Notes: generated from the letters alone by a model not told the origin. Counted from the first letter of the stretch, positions 27,652-37,378 are shown. The stretch: 64,000 nt of DNA from Candidatus Bathyarchaeota archaeon (GCA_022865705.1 JALHTG010000042.1:15324-79323), one strand, 5' to 3'. Numbers and translations: made by a program.

Positions 27652-28680
27652 CTAGTTTCCAGCGAGCTTCGCAATATTCCCTAGAAGAGCACGAGGAATC
27701 GCTAGATCCGTCATTGTCATGAGTCCCGGTTGACCTTTGATGACATTGCGTATGGAGTTCACTACCATCGCCGCTGTTGCCAGATCTCCGTGCACCCCTC
27801 CTTTGATTGTGAGATCAACATTTGGCGTTCCTTCGATGAAGGTTGAGTCTTTGTTCTCAGGGGCTCCCACATATGCCCAGAAGTCAAGTGTGATGGCTGG
27901 TTTACCCTTCACGATGCCTTTTCCGACTTGATGCAGGCCTGCGACTTGGCCTCTTTCTACGGCCAGATATTGAGTCTTCAAGGGTCTGTCTGCGACGACT
28001 GGCTCGATTGTTTGCTGAATATCGTCCAGCTTCCAACCTACTCCTGCGGCAATCATAGCGATTGATTCCGGTAACCCTATGTGCCCCATTCTTCCACCCG
28101 CCACAGCCTTCTTGAATTCGTCAACAGTCATGCCAGCTCCGATCTTCTTCTGGAAGGGCAGTCTTCTAATGGAAGCGTCCATCATCCTAGTGACCTTGAT
28201 GCTCTTTACATCTTGGCAGACACCAGTCACGGTAAGCGGTAGAGTATCCATGAGGAAACCTGGGTTCACGCCCGTAGCAAGCACAGTCACTCCCTTCTTC
28301 TTAGCGAGAGCATCAATCTCCATCGCCATCTCCGGATCCTTAAGGGAAGGGAAGGTGAGCTCTTCTGAAGTCGAGACCATGTCAAGCCCAGCATCGACTA
28401 CGTCTGTGATCTGTTGACGAATATCCTTCAGAAATGAGGCCGTTGTATGAATAACCAAGTCTGCTTTGGAGTCTTTCAAAACCTTCTTCGCATCACCCGA
28501 AATTGGAACACCCAGTTTCTTACCGACGCCTGCAACATCTCCGAGATCCTTTCCAATCTTGTTCGGATCGACATCGATGGCACCGACGTATTCGAATCCT
28601 TCTTTCTGAAGAACAAGTTTCACTATGCTGGCTCCTATCGGCCCGACACCGTACTGTATCAACTTGACCTTGTCTTGCAT
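27652..28680 (-). CDS. DapB-like NAD(P)H-dependent amine dehydrogenase family protein
   Basis: 342 aa. It has an N-terminal Rossmann motif (IQYGVGPIGASIV) and the VLATGVNPGF motif seen in 2,4-diaminopentanoate dehydrogenase-like proteins. Confidence 0.65.
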   Translation of the reverse strand: MQDKVKLIQYGVGPIGASIVKLVLQKEGFEYVGAIDVDPNKIGKDLGDVAGVGKKLGVPISGDAKKVLKDSKADLVIHTTASFLKDIRQQITDVVDAGLDMVSTSEELTFPSLKDPEMAMEIDALAKKKGVTVLATGVNPGFLMDTLPLTVTGVCQDVKSIKVTRMMDASIRRLPFQKKIGAGMTVDEFKKAVAGGRMGHIGLPESIAMIAAGVGWKLDDIQQTIEPVVADRPLKTQYLAVERGQVAGLHQVGKGIVKGKPAITLDFWAYVGAPENKDSTFIEGTPNVDLTIKGGVHGDLATAAMVVNSIRNVIKGQPGLMTMTDLAIPRALLGNIAKLAGN

Positions 28681-28788
28681 CGTGGGTCATTCCCTGTCTG
28701 GCAGTAGTAGCCGATCACAAGCAGAATAAAGGTTTACGTTCCAGACTAGGGCCGAAGAGAATGATTGCACGCTGTTGCTGGGTAGTAT

Positions 28789-30003
28789 GTGGCTGCGATG
28801 AAAGAGTCCGATATTGTCGTTGTGGGAGGAGGCCCGTGCGGATCGTTCTCAGCGATGGCAGCAGCGAAGCAAGGCGCTAATGTATCTCTTTTGGAGGAGC
28901 ATGGAGAGATTGGGACGCCTGCGCATTGTGCTGGCCACATCAGTATTCACGGGTTGAGAACTCTTGGACTTGAGATCCCTAACACCATGATCGAGAACAA
29001 AATCAGCATGGCAAAGTTCCATTCTCCATCCGGCAAGACCATTTGCATTGACTGCAAAAGACCAGTCACATATGTCATCAATAGAACCCTGTTTGATCGG
29101 TATTTGGCAGAACTATCTGCACGAGTAGGAGTGTCATATATCCACGGTGTAAACGTGAAATCTCTTTGGATTGACTCGAACCAAATCAAAGGAGTATGCG
29201 TTGATGGAGAGAATCTGTCAAAGATTGAAGCCAAGGTTGTGATTGATGCGGAAGGCGCCAGTGCAAGTTTGCTGAGAAAGGCCTCTCTACCAGCCTTGAC
29301 CAGAACCGCATGTGTAACAGGGGTGCAGGGATACGCTGCCATGGTTTCAGATGTGGACCTCGAATCAGTCGAAATCTATGTGGGAAGAGACTATGCTCCT
29401 GGGTTTTTTGCTTGGATCATTCCGAGGCAAGACAGAAGTGCAAAGATTGGGTTGGCAACGAATAAGGGAAACCCAAGAGTTCTGCTTGAGCGGTTCTGCA
29501 GGAAGCATCCCATAGCGTCGAAGAAGATCGTGGGGCCTTTGAGTGATGTTTCGTTCCATCCTATTCCTCTGGGTGGGCCACCATCTAGGACTTATGGAAA
29601 CGGGCTTATTGCTGTAGGGGATGCTGCGTCCCAAGTGAAACCGACCACAGGAGGGGGCGTGGTCTTCGGCCTTGCCTGCTCTAAGATAGCGGGAAACACT
29701 GCAGCAGAGGCGATACGGACGGGTGACAATTCGTCAAAATTTCTGTCAAAGTATCAAATGCTATGGAAAGAAAGCTTGGGCAAAGAATTCAAAATGGGAA
29801 GGATGACGAGGCTATTCCTGACTGGGCTTAGCGATAGAGCTGTTGATCGTATTTTCTCTATTGGAAGGATGTTTCATGTCGAAGACTCGATTGGAGATGT
29901 GAGTGAGATTGATTTTCAGGAGAGAATACTCCAAAGTTCCCTCACAAAGCCCAACGTGGCATTGGCCCTTTTGTGTTCACTATTCTCATGTCTTCTACCG
30001 TGA
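28789..30003 (+). CDS. geranylgeranyl reductase family flavoprotein
   Basis: 404 aa. Motifs: DIVVVGGGPCGSFSA (FAD) and LIAVGDAASQVKPTTGGG. GTG 28789 or ATG 28798 start. Confidence 0.8.
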   Translation: MAAMKESDIVVVGGGPCGSFSAMAAAKQGANVSLLEEHGEIGTPAHCAGHISIHGLRTLGLEIPNTMIENKISMAKFHSPSGKTICIDCKRPVTYVINRTLFDRYLAELSARVGVSYIHGVNVKSLWIDSNQIKGVCVDGENLSKIEAKVVIDAEGASASLLRKASLPALTRTACVTGVQGYAAMVSDVDLESVEIYVGRDYAPGFFAWIIPRQDRSAKIGLATNKGNPRVLLERFCRKHPIASKKIVGPLSDVSFHPIPLGGPPSRTYGNGLIAVGDAASQVKPTTGGGVVFGLACSKIAGNTAAEAIRTGDNSSKFLSKYQMLWKESLGKEFKMGRMTRLFLTGLSDRAVDRIFSIGRMFHVEDSIGDVSEIDFQERILQSSLTKPNVALALLCSLFSCLLP

Positions 30004-31320
30004 AATGTGATATGGTCTGAGCCGCTCAGGAAGTTCAACCTTCGCGACTTTTCCCATGAACTTCGCAAAGAGAGTGGGATGCTCAGTATGTATGGGAAGA
30101 ACGGTTTGTGGGTGAATTTGTGAGATAATCTGTTTGAGTTCATTGGGCATAATATGGCCTGAACAATGAATGTGATACATTGGAAGCCCGAAGTGATCTA
30201 GCCAGTTCTTGAATTTGTCGAATTCTATTTCCCGCTCCTCATTGAACGGTTCTGATGTAGAGAGAATAAAGTTGCTGCCAGGTTCAGGTTTGATCTCAAC
30301 AAGTTCCCCCATATTCGAAAACGAGCATACGAAAATCGTGCGGTTTTGCTGTCGTCTCACTTCTGAAGCTTCTTTAACATTCTCAAGGCGCAGCAGATTC
30401 TCTTCCCAATCAAAGTATTTCTTTTTCTTTCTTCGGTAGACTACTATGTTCCTGTCAGCAGTCGCGTCAGGTATCATCAGTTTCTTGTCAGATCGCAGCT
30501 TGCACAACAGATGCGCTTGCTTCAACGAAATGGCTAAGACCCGATCGCTCCGCTTAGCGATCTCATGGAAGGTTCTCAATCGGTCTACGTCGGTGTATGA
30601 GAAATCTGCCAAGACCAGTTTGTTAGATCCGTCCACAATCTTGCCGACCTTAGTCTTGACCTCGCTTTCGTCAGCTATGTCTCCACCAACTATGTTCGTT
30701 GCTTCAGACATCATCAGGATTGGCCGAACCTTCTTAGATGCTTCTACAAAATCCTCTGTGAGATGCGGTTTGGAGCCGTGTGTTCTAAAGTCACCTGTGT
30801 AGATGATTGCTCCTTCGGAAGTGTGGATCACGTATCCATATGCTCCAGGAGTACTGTGATCTACATGGTACGGCTCAACCTCAATGTCCCTGACTCGGAT
30901 CTTTGTTCCAGTTCGGAATGTCTGAAAGCCCAAGCCTGATATGTCAGTTTCAAAGCGGCGGGACCGTGTTTCGGCTAACCCTTCCAGAATGGTTCTGGTC
31001 GTTTCTCCACAGTAGACAGGGATCTTTCTGTTGAGAAAGGATATGTACATGGCGTGGTCGGCGTGGGAGTGGGAGAGCATGACTGCGTCGAGTGTCGCTT
31101 CTTTCTCATCGAATCTGTAGACTCCTTCCAGATCTGGCAGTATTCCAAGTTCTAGAAGCTCGTTCTCGTTTCTGGGAGAGAGCCAAGGATCTGAATAGAA
31201 TCGTCTTCTCTCTGCAAAACTCATTCCGAAGTCAAGAAGGATCCGGGTATCTCGATCTTCGAGGAGGATCTTGTTGCCTCCGATTTCTCCAACTCCGCCA
31301 TAGAATCTTAGCTTAACCAT
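29995..31320 (-). CDS. archaeal RNase J-like metallo-beta-lactamase/beta-CASP ribonuclease
   Basis: 441 aa. Motifs: FYGGVGEIGGNKILL, LSHSHADH, VDHSTPGAYG and TGDFR. Confidence 0.75.
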   Translation of the reverse strand: MVKLRFYGGVGEIGGNKILLEDRDTRILLDFGMSFAERRRFYSDPWLSPRNENELLELGILPDLEGVYRFDEKEATLDAVMLSHSHADHAMYISFLNRKIPVYCGETTRTILEGLAETRSRRFETDISGLGFQTFRTGTKIRVRDIEVEPYHVDHSTPGAYGYVIHTSEGAIIYTGDFRTHGSKPHLTEDFVEASKKVRPILMMSEATNIVGGDIADESEVKTKVGKIVDGSNKLVLADFSYTDVDRLRTFHEIAKRSDRVLAISLKQAHLLCKLRSDKKLMIPDATADRNIVVYRRKKKKYFDWEENLLRLENVKEASEVRRQQNRTIFVCSFSNMGELVEIKPEPGSNFILSTSEPFNEEREIEFDKFKNWLDHFGLPMYHIHCSGHIMPNELKQIISQIHPQTVLPIHTEHPTLFAKFMGKVAKVELPERLRPYHISR

Positions 31321-31380
31321 TGAGACTCTTTCGTCCCCAAGCTTGCCAAGGTGACAGCGTCAACAAAAACGTTCGAAGGC

Positions 31381-31932
31381 TTATGACGGTGGATTCCACT
31401 GCCTCTCGAATTCTATCCTTAGAGTTATCCCTTGGATCTCCTTCGCCATTTGTTTCACAGCTTCAAGATCCACTGGCATGTACCGCGGAGTTCTTCCCTG
31501 AAGAATGGCCTTCGTCTCCTTGCTACCGTCAGGCAGCCAGACCGTGTTGATGGTCAAGATGGAAAGTGGGGCGAGCAGCTCTTCCAAGAAATGCCTGTCA
31601 TCGCCCCCATAGCCTAAGATCTTGATCTTCTTCGCCCCTGTTTGTTCGCCAATAGCCAGTAGTACTGTTCCTTCTTCGTCAACGATCTTCCCGATGTCTC
31701 TCCGATCAACCATTATTGCGAGAGTTTCTCCAACTTCAACGGCCTTGTGAAAACGAACTTCCTGAAGCATCGGATAGCGTTTCTCAAGCTCTGACAAAAG
31801 CCGAATAACGTTAAGATCGAGTTGAGTGACCCGCCCCTTATCCAATCTCTCTTGGCACTTGGGGCATAGTATGCCACTCTTCACACAGAAACTACATAGT
31901 TCTGTTTTCACCAAATCTGAACCTCCCCACAA
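31381..31932 (-). CDS. Zn-ribbon + KH-like (NusA-like) putative RNA-binding protein
   Basis: 183 aa. It has an N-terminal CSFC...CPKC knuckle pair and a central LLAIGEQTGAKKIKIL segment resembling a KH GxxG region. The assignment is tentative. Confidence 0.4.
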   Translation of the reverse strand: MWGGSDLVKTELCSFCVKSGILCPKCQERLDKGRVTQLDLNVIRLLSELEKRYPMLQEVRFHKAVEVGETLAIMVDRRDIGKIVDEEGTVLLAIGEQTGAKKIKILGYGGDDRHFLEELLAPLSILTINTVWLPDGSKETKAILQGRTPRYMPVDLEAVKQMAKEIQGITLRIEFERQWNPPS

Positions 31933-31971
31933 AAATGAGGGGAATTGTGGAGTTCACTACGGATTTTCGGT

Positions 31972-32250
31972 CTATCTTCTCAACACTAATTCCATACTGC
32001 TCACATTGGATGGTGGTCCACCTTGCTCCCTAGCCGGCAACTGTGCCGTACCGATCGTTATAGGACCAACTTTGACGTCGGGCATGAAACGTCTTCGAAC
32101 TATTTCGACGACGTCTACAGCTTGACTTATCGCTCGTCCTCTTGCCTTCACAGTTATCTCTCCGGTTCCTCCCTGTAGCAAGGTTATGCAAGCCAGTACG
32201 TAGTTCATTACTGGCTTCTGTCCAATGAACACTGATGTTGCCTCTGCCAT
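31972..32250 (-). CDS. albA: Alba DNA/RNA-binding protein
   Basis: Starts at ATG 32250 behind an AAGGAGG SD sequence. It reads MAEATSVFIGQKPVMNYVLACITLLQGGTGEITVKARGRAISQAVDVVEIVRRRF. Confidence 0.85.
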   Translation of the reverse strand: MAEATSVFIGQKPVMNYVLACITLLQGGTGEITVKARGRAISQAVDVVEIVRRRFMPDVKVGPITIGTAQLPAREQGGPPSNVSSMELVLRR

Positions 32251-32430
32251 TTCATTTTCCTCCTTAACGATGCTAGATATCGCTGATTTCGGCAAAGGTA
32301 ACCTCCCGGCCTTCGATAAATGCGTTGCGGTGAACTTGGTTACATTAGGCTCGCTGACGGTCCTCTTTCAACAGTGTGAGGCTTAAATCAGCGAAACAGA
32401 TCTTAATCAAAAGTTCAAAACTCGCTTGAG

Positions 32431-33585
32431 ATGAGCATAACCGTGAAGCTGTTTGAGTATGAGGCGAAGTCGATCGCCAAGAACTTCGCCGTACCGGTTC
32501 CGAAGGGATATGTCGTATCGACTCCTGGAGAAGCGAAGAAGGCTTTTGACGATCTGGGAAAGCGCTCGATCGTGAAGTCACAAGTTCTCGTTGCAGGAAG
32601 AAAGAAAGCAGGGGGAATAAAGTTCGCTTCCACTTCCGACGAGGCCTACAGGGTGGCAAAGGAACTATTTGGGATGAACATTCGCGGAGAGCCGGTGAAG
32701 AAGCTTCTTGTGGAAGAGGCTGTACCGGCGAAGAGGGAGCTCTATGTCGGTGTCACCGTGAATAGATCCTTGGGCTGCTACACAATTCTGGCATCCACAG
32801 AAGGAGGGATCGACATAGAAGAAGTCGCTTCGAAGTCGCCTGAAAAGATTGTCAGACTGGATGTGAATCCGATTCGAGGATTGAGGGATTATGAAGCACG
32901 GATCGTGGCGCGCAAATTAGGTTTCTCTGAAAAATCGTTGGTCGAACTAGCTGTGATAATCTCTAAGATCTACAAGATCTGTGTGACATATGACTGTGAG
33001 CTTCTTGAATCAAACCCTCTCCTAGAAACTGAACAGGGAAGTTTTGTGGCCGCTGACTTCAGGGCTTTGATAGATGACAACTCGCTGTATAGACACCCTG
33101 AATTTCAAGCGAGAGCCAAGGAAGCAGGAGCAGACGTAACGCTGTTGGAACTTAAGGCTCGTGAGAAAGGCCTGTCCTACGTGGAGCTTGACGGGAACAT
33201 TGGCGTCATAGGAAACGGAGCGGGACTAGTTATGGCGACACTGGACATGATCCATTACTACGGTGGAAAAGCAGCAAACTTCTGTGATGCTGGAGCAGGG
33301 GGCGCCACTACGGATAGAATTGAAGCTGCGTTGGAGCTAGTTCTTTCGAATGAACGAACCCAAGCACTCTTCATCAATGTTCTGGCTGGCATAACAAGAT
33401 GCGACGACGTTGCCAAAGGAATAGTCGCAACTAGAGAGAAAGCCAAGATCAAGGTACCCATAGTGATTCGTATGGTTTGGACAAACGAGGAAGAGGGCCG
33501 CAGAATTCTCGAAGAAGCAGGGATTCCATTCCTAGACAGTATGGAGGAGGGGGCAAAGGAAACAGTGGCCAGATCCAAGAGGTGA
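32431..33585 (+). CDS. sucC: succinyl-CoA synthetase beta subunit (ATP-grasp)
   Basis: 384 aa, starting KLFEYEAKSI. Motifs: VKSQVLVAGRKKAGGIKF and GNIGVIGNGAGLVMATLD. Confidence 0.85.
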   Translation: MSITVKLFEYEAKSIAKNFAVPVPKGYVVSTPGEAKKAFDDLGKRSIVKSQVLVAGRKKAGGIKFASTSDEAYRVAKELFGMNIRGEPVKKLLVEEAVPAKRELYVGVTVNRSLGCYTILASTEGGIDIEEVASKSPEKIVRLDVNPIRGLRDYEARIVARKLGFSEKSLVELAVIISKIYKICVTYDCELLESNPLLETEQGSFVAADFRALIDDNSLYRHPEFQARAKEAGADVTLLELKAREKGLSYVELDGNIGVIGNGAGLVMATLDMIHYYGGKAANFCDAGAGGATTDRIEAALELVLSNERTQALFINVLAGITRCDDVAKGIVATREKAKIKVPIVIRMVWTNEEEGRRILEEAGIPFLDSMEEGAKETVARSKR

Positions 33586-33590
33586 GTACG

Positions 33591-34466
33591 ATGGCGATTC
33601 TTGTAGGTAAGAATACCAGAGCCGTAGTTCAGGGCATCACTGGCTCGCAAGGAGTGTTTCACACGAAGCTAATGATGGAGTATGGGACAAAGATAGTTGC
33701 CGGGGTCACCCCTGGAAAAGGCGGAACAAGTGTTCACGGCATTCCAGTATATGACACTGTCAGTGAAGCAATGGAGACGCACAAAGCAACCGCGTCAATA
33801 ATATTCGTTCCAGCTCCTAGCGCCAAGGAAGCTGCCTTCGAAGCAATCGATGCAGGCCTCAACCCGGTCATCATGATCACCGAAGGAATCCCTGTCAGAG
33901 ACACGATGGAGATTGTGGCTGTTACACGGGAGAAGAAGACGTCACTAATAGGACCGAACACACCCGGAATAATAACCCCAGGTGAATGCAAGTTGGGGAT
34001 CATGCCCGGACAAGTCTTCGGAAAAGGAGATGTAGGATTGATGTCCAGGAGTGGAACTTTGACATATGAGATTGCAGCTGGATTGACAAAGTCTGGGGTA
34101 GGAGAAACAACATGCGTCGGGATAGGGGGAGATCCAATTGTCGGGCTCACCTTCATAGAACTGCTTGAGATATTCAGAGAGGATAAGGATACGAAAGCGG
34201 TCGCATTGATAGGAGAGATCGGGGGAAATGCTGAGGAACAGGCTGCTGAATACATCAAGAAGACATCCTATCCAAAACCGGTCGCCGCGTATATTGCGGG
34301 ACGGACTGCCCCTCCAGGAAAGAGAATGGGACATGCAGGTGCAATAATCTCAGGCAAGACAGGCACTGCGGACAGCAAGATTGAAGCGCTGAGAAGTGCT
34401 GGTGTGAGCGTTGCCGAGAAGCCCACAGATGTAGCTCGACTCTTGGCGAATCTTATCGGAAAGTAA
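33591..34466 (+). CDS. sucD: succinyl-CoA synthetase alpha subunit
   Basis: Starts at ATG 33591 ([21 protein letters not shown]). Motifs: SRSGTLTYE and [10 protein letters not shown] (catalytic His loop). Confidence 0.85.
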   Translation: MAILVGKNTRAVVQGITGSQGVFHTKLMMEYGTKIVAGVTPGKGGTSVHGIPVYDTVSEAMETHKATASIIFVPAPSAKEAAFEAIDAGLNPVIMITEGIPVRDTMEIVAVTREKKTSLIGPNTPGIITPGECKLGIMPGQVFGKGDVGLMSRSGTLTYEIAAGLTKSGVGETTCVGIGGDPIVGLTFIELLEIFREDKDTKAVALIGEIGGNAEEQAAEYIKKTSYPKPVAAYIAGRTAPPGKRMGHAGAIISGKTGTADSKIEALRSAGVSVAEKPTDVARLLANLIGK

Positions 34467-34481
34467 CTGAGTGTACAAGGT

Positions 34482-35804
34482 TTGACGGTTGATAGAATAG
34501 GCGACTGGAGAAGGACTCACTATTCAAATGAGGTTGTTCCGGAACTTGATGGAAGAGAGGTAATTCTCTTCGGCTGGGTTCAAGATCTTCGTGACCTCGG
34601 AAAGATCCTTTTCATGACAGTCAGAGACAAGAACGGTTTAGTCCAGATTACTGTTCCAAAGACGAAGGCCTCGAAGGAGATTCTGGAGAAGGTTTCGAAG
34701 ATAGGGAAAGAGTTCGCTATTGGGGTCAAGGGCACGGTGCACGCTGAAAAGGCTGCACCTCGTGGCGTCGAGATCATTCCAACTGAGTTCAAGATCTTAG
34801 GTGAAGTGACTTACCCGCTTCCGTTGGATCCCACAGGGCGTGTCCCGGCGGACATAGATGTCCGTCTGAACGCACGAATCCTAGACCTACGTCGGCCTGA
34901 ACCTTCTGCCATCTTCAAAGTCAGAAATGAAGTCCTCATAGCTACAAGAGAATTCCTTTGCAGAGAGGGCTTTGCCGAAATTCTTACACCAAGACTCATC
35001 GTGAGCGCAACCGAAGGCGGTGCGGCCCTTTTCCCAGTGGACTATTTTGAGAGAAAAGCGTACCTCGCTCAGAGCCCTCAACTCTACAAAGAGCAACTAG
35101 TAACCGTCTTTGAGAAGGTCTACGAGATAGGCCCCTTCTTCAGAGCAGAAGAACACGACACAAGGAGACATACGAACGAGTTCACCTCGATCGACATTGA
35201 ACAAGCTTTCACGACCTCAGAGGATGTGATGAAGGTTCTGGAAGAGCTGACGTACGACATCATCACCCACGTAAACTCGGTCTGCACGAACGAGTTGAAG
35301 CGGTTGAACGTTGACCTTCCGGTTCCATCACTGCCCTTGAAACGGTATACGTATGATCAGGTTCTGCTAGAACTGAACGAGAAGGGCGCAAGCATTCCCT
35401 GGGGAGAAGACATCCCTACGCCAGCATACCGCTCCCTTGAAGAGAAACACCGAAAGGAGTTCTATTTCATCATAGACTGGCCTACGAGAGCTAAGGCGTT
35501 CTACATTAAGCCAAGGGAAGATAATCCAGAGCTGAGCTATGGATTCGACTTCATGTATGAATGGGTGGAAATCGCGTCAGGAGGCTCACGCATAGACCGA
35601 AAGGAGCAGCTTGTCGAGAGATTGAAGGACAAGGGACTTGACCCAAAGGCGTTTGAAGAACACCTCAAAGCCTTCGACTACGGCATGCCACCTCACGCAG
35701 GATGGGCTTTTGGACTGGAGAGGCTACTGATGGCTCTGCTCGGTATAGAGAACATACGGGAAGTCACGTTGTTCCCGAGGGACAGATATCGACTGACGCC
35801 CTAG
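34482..35804 (+). CDS. aspS: aspartyl-tRNA synthetase, archaeal type
   Basis: 440 aa. It has an OB-fold N-domain (FGWVQDLRDLGKILFMTVRD) and class II motifs (FRAEEHDTRRH, GLERLLM). TTG start; there is no in-frame ATG until residue 45. Confidence 0.9.
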   Translation: MTVDRIGDWRRTHYSNEVVPELDGREVILFGWVQDLRDLGKILFMTVRDKNGLVQITVPKTKASKEILEKVSKIGKEFAIGVKGTVHAEKAAPRGVEIIPTEFKILGEVTYPLPLDPTGRVPADIDVRLNARILDLRRPEPSAIFKVRNEVLIATREFLCREGFAEILTPRLIVSATEGGAALFPVDYFERKAYLAQSPQLYKEQLVTVFEKVYEIGPFFRAEEHDTRRHTNEFTSIDIEQAFTTSEDVMKVLEELTYDIITHVNSVCTNELKRLNVDLPVPSLPLKRYTYDQVLLELNEKGASIPWGEDIPTPAYRSLEEKHRKEFYFIIDWPTRAKAFYIKPREDNPELSYGFDFMYEWVEIASGGSRIDRKEQLVERLKDKGLDPKAFEEHLKAFDYGMPPHAGWAFGLERLLMALLGIENIREVTLFPRDRYRLTP

Positions 35805-35809
35805 AGAGC

Positions 35810-35974
35810 CTACTTAGCGCCCAGTTCTCTCTTCTTCCATCTGAGGCTGCCGCTACGGCACTTTCTGCAACGATATGCACCAGGAGCATTCCTGACTCCA
35901 CAGTTACGGCAAATCTTGTAGAACAATCTGTGCCTCTGCGCAAGCTGCTTCTTCGCCACATCAGTTATGGGCAT
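35810..35974 (-). CDS. rpl40e: 50S ribosomal protein L40e
   Basis: Not in the ORF track (54 aa). My translation is MPITDVAKKQLAQRHRLFYKICRNCGVRNAPGAYRCRKCRSGSLRWKKRELGAK*. The C4 zinc-ribbon layout is typical of L40e. Confidence 0.8.
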   Translation of the reverse strand: MPITDVAKKQLAQRHRLFYKICRNCGVRNAPGAYRCRKCRSGSLRWKKRELGAK

Positions 35975-36133
35975 CTCTCAACGACCCTCAGCGTCGCCCC
36001 CTGAAAGAGCCTGAACCAGATATATCTTTCCCTGTTCCTGACAAAGAACCATGCCTCAATACGATGAGTCTGCGAACAACCAGTCAATAGGCCTATAAAA
36101 CAAGAGAAAACACAGGATATGGTCGTGGTATGA

Positions 36134-36814
36134 TTGTTCCCAGGTGAACGAGCAAGTCATAGGAAACTGTTTCTGCTCATCACAGTTGTTAGCGTCATAG
36201 TCTTTGCTTCCTTAGCGGCCCTGATCTATCTCTTTCCCGCCAAAAGAGAGTACGTGGTCCTTCGTGAAATACCAGTCACAACCTACTTCTCGAAAACAAA
36301 TACAATTACTACAACTATTAGCAGAACCACGGTCGCATCCTCAGTCTCCTTGTCCACAGTCACAAGGGAGTCCCTTATCGCGCCGATCACTTCAACAGGA
36401 TATGATCCATATATGATCAGTTGGACAGCAACTTATACGCAGACAATCGCAACAGTAGTCAGCAACACGACAGTAACCCAGTTCGTCCGAACTCTCACCA
36501 ATACTTACGTCGTTACAACATCGATTCCAATCACCTACGTACTCGGCATACGTACAGTCGTTACCGAAACATCTTCCCGCTGGACCAGTTTCAATCAAAC
36601 CACCGTCATTACGACAACCATCACCACTACAGAGTCGAGCCCTTCAACTTACACACGAACCGTTTGGACAACCATAACCTCATTACCTCCAGGACTTTCG
36701 ATTTATGCCCCTCCTACAAAAGGCCAGACTGAAGGCCTTGCACCATTGTTCTTCTGTTCCGCATTCGCGACCGGCATCCTGATTCTAAGAAGAAGAACTG
36801 TTCCTTCCTCATAG
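36134..36814 (+). CDS. Thr-rich membrane-anchored surface protein, unknown function
   Basis: 226 aa. It has an N-terminal TM/signal anchor (LFLLITVVSVIVFASLAALIYLF) and a long Thr/Ser/Val-rich body. The C-terminus is a hydrophobic helix plus basic tail (LAPLFFCSAFATGILILRRR). TTG start directly after a stop. Confidence 0.6.
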   Translation: MFPGERASHRKLFLLITVVSVIVFASLAALIYLFPAKREYVVLREIPVTTYFSKTNTITTTISRTTVASSVSLSTVTRESLIAPITSTGYDPYMISWTATYTQTIATVVSNTTVTQFVRTLTNTYVVTTSIPITYVLGIRTVVTETSSRWTSFNQTTVITTTITTTESSPSTYTRTVWTTITSLPPGLSIYAPPTKGQTEGLAPLFFCSAFATGILILRRRTVPSS

Positions 36815-36942
36815 CGCGCACTGTGCCTAGGAAAACCAGTCTCAATGGTGACCATTTCAAGGCTATGACTTAGGCTACGACTATAGCCATAGCTTAGGCC
36901 TCAATAAGAAAGCTGACATATACAGATGGTTCAGTCCTAAGA

Positions 36943-37305
36943 TCACGGTCTGGTGCTCGAAGAGGTTGTTTGGAAGCATTCCGGTTTGTTCCGGATCTCC
37001 TCTTTGAGAAGTTCAATGCTCAGGCCTTTGTGGAGAATTGCGTCAGCCCTAGCGCAGACCTGTCCTTGCCTGAAGGCGATCGCTGTCGGCACTGCATCGA
37101 TATGGTATTCATCCCAGAGATCGCTATTGTAGTCGGATATGTCCAGTTGCCCAGTCATTACTCCGATATCCTTGGAAAGCTTGTGGAACCCTGGCATGAA
37201 TTCTACGCAGTAAGGGCAGCGTGGCATGTAAAACAATATGACTGCTGGCTTACGGGATTCGATGATTTCTTTCCTGAACCGTTCTTCAACCATATCGATG
37301 ATCAT
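36943..37305 (-). CDS. thioredoxin-fold protein (CPYC active site)
   Basis: 120 aa. Motifs: VILFYMPRCPYCVEF and AVPTAIAF (cis-Pro loop). Confidence 0.7.
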   Translation of the reverse strand: MIIDMVEERFRKEIIESRKPAVILFYMPRCPYCVEFMPGFHKLSKDIGVMTGQLDISDYNSDLWDEYHIDAVPTAIAFRQGQVCARADAILHKGLSIELLKEEIRNKPECFQTTSSSTRP

Positions 37306-37378
37306 AGTGATTTCACATCATTCTCGAAGCATTTGCTTCAGGAGTTTGAGGGCTTTGTATAGATTTGTTCATGCTAAC

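Noticed and set aside
33463-33480. SucC reads RMVWTN where characterised enzymes have RLEGTN/RLEGNN, that is, Trp at a conserved Gly.
   Set aside because: This is a single-residue deviation judged only from remembered sequences. I cannot tell a real variant from a base error, or from divergence toward a citryl-CoA-synthetase-like enzyme, without an alignment. I note it but do not raise it as a finding.
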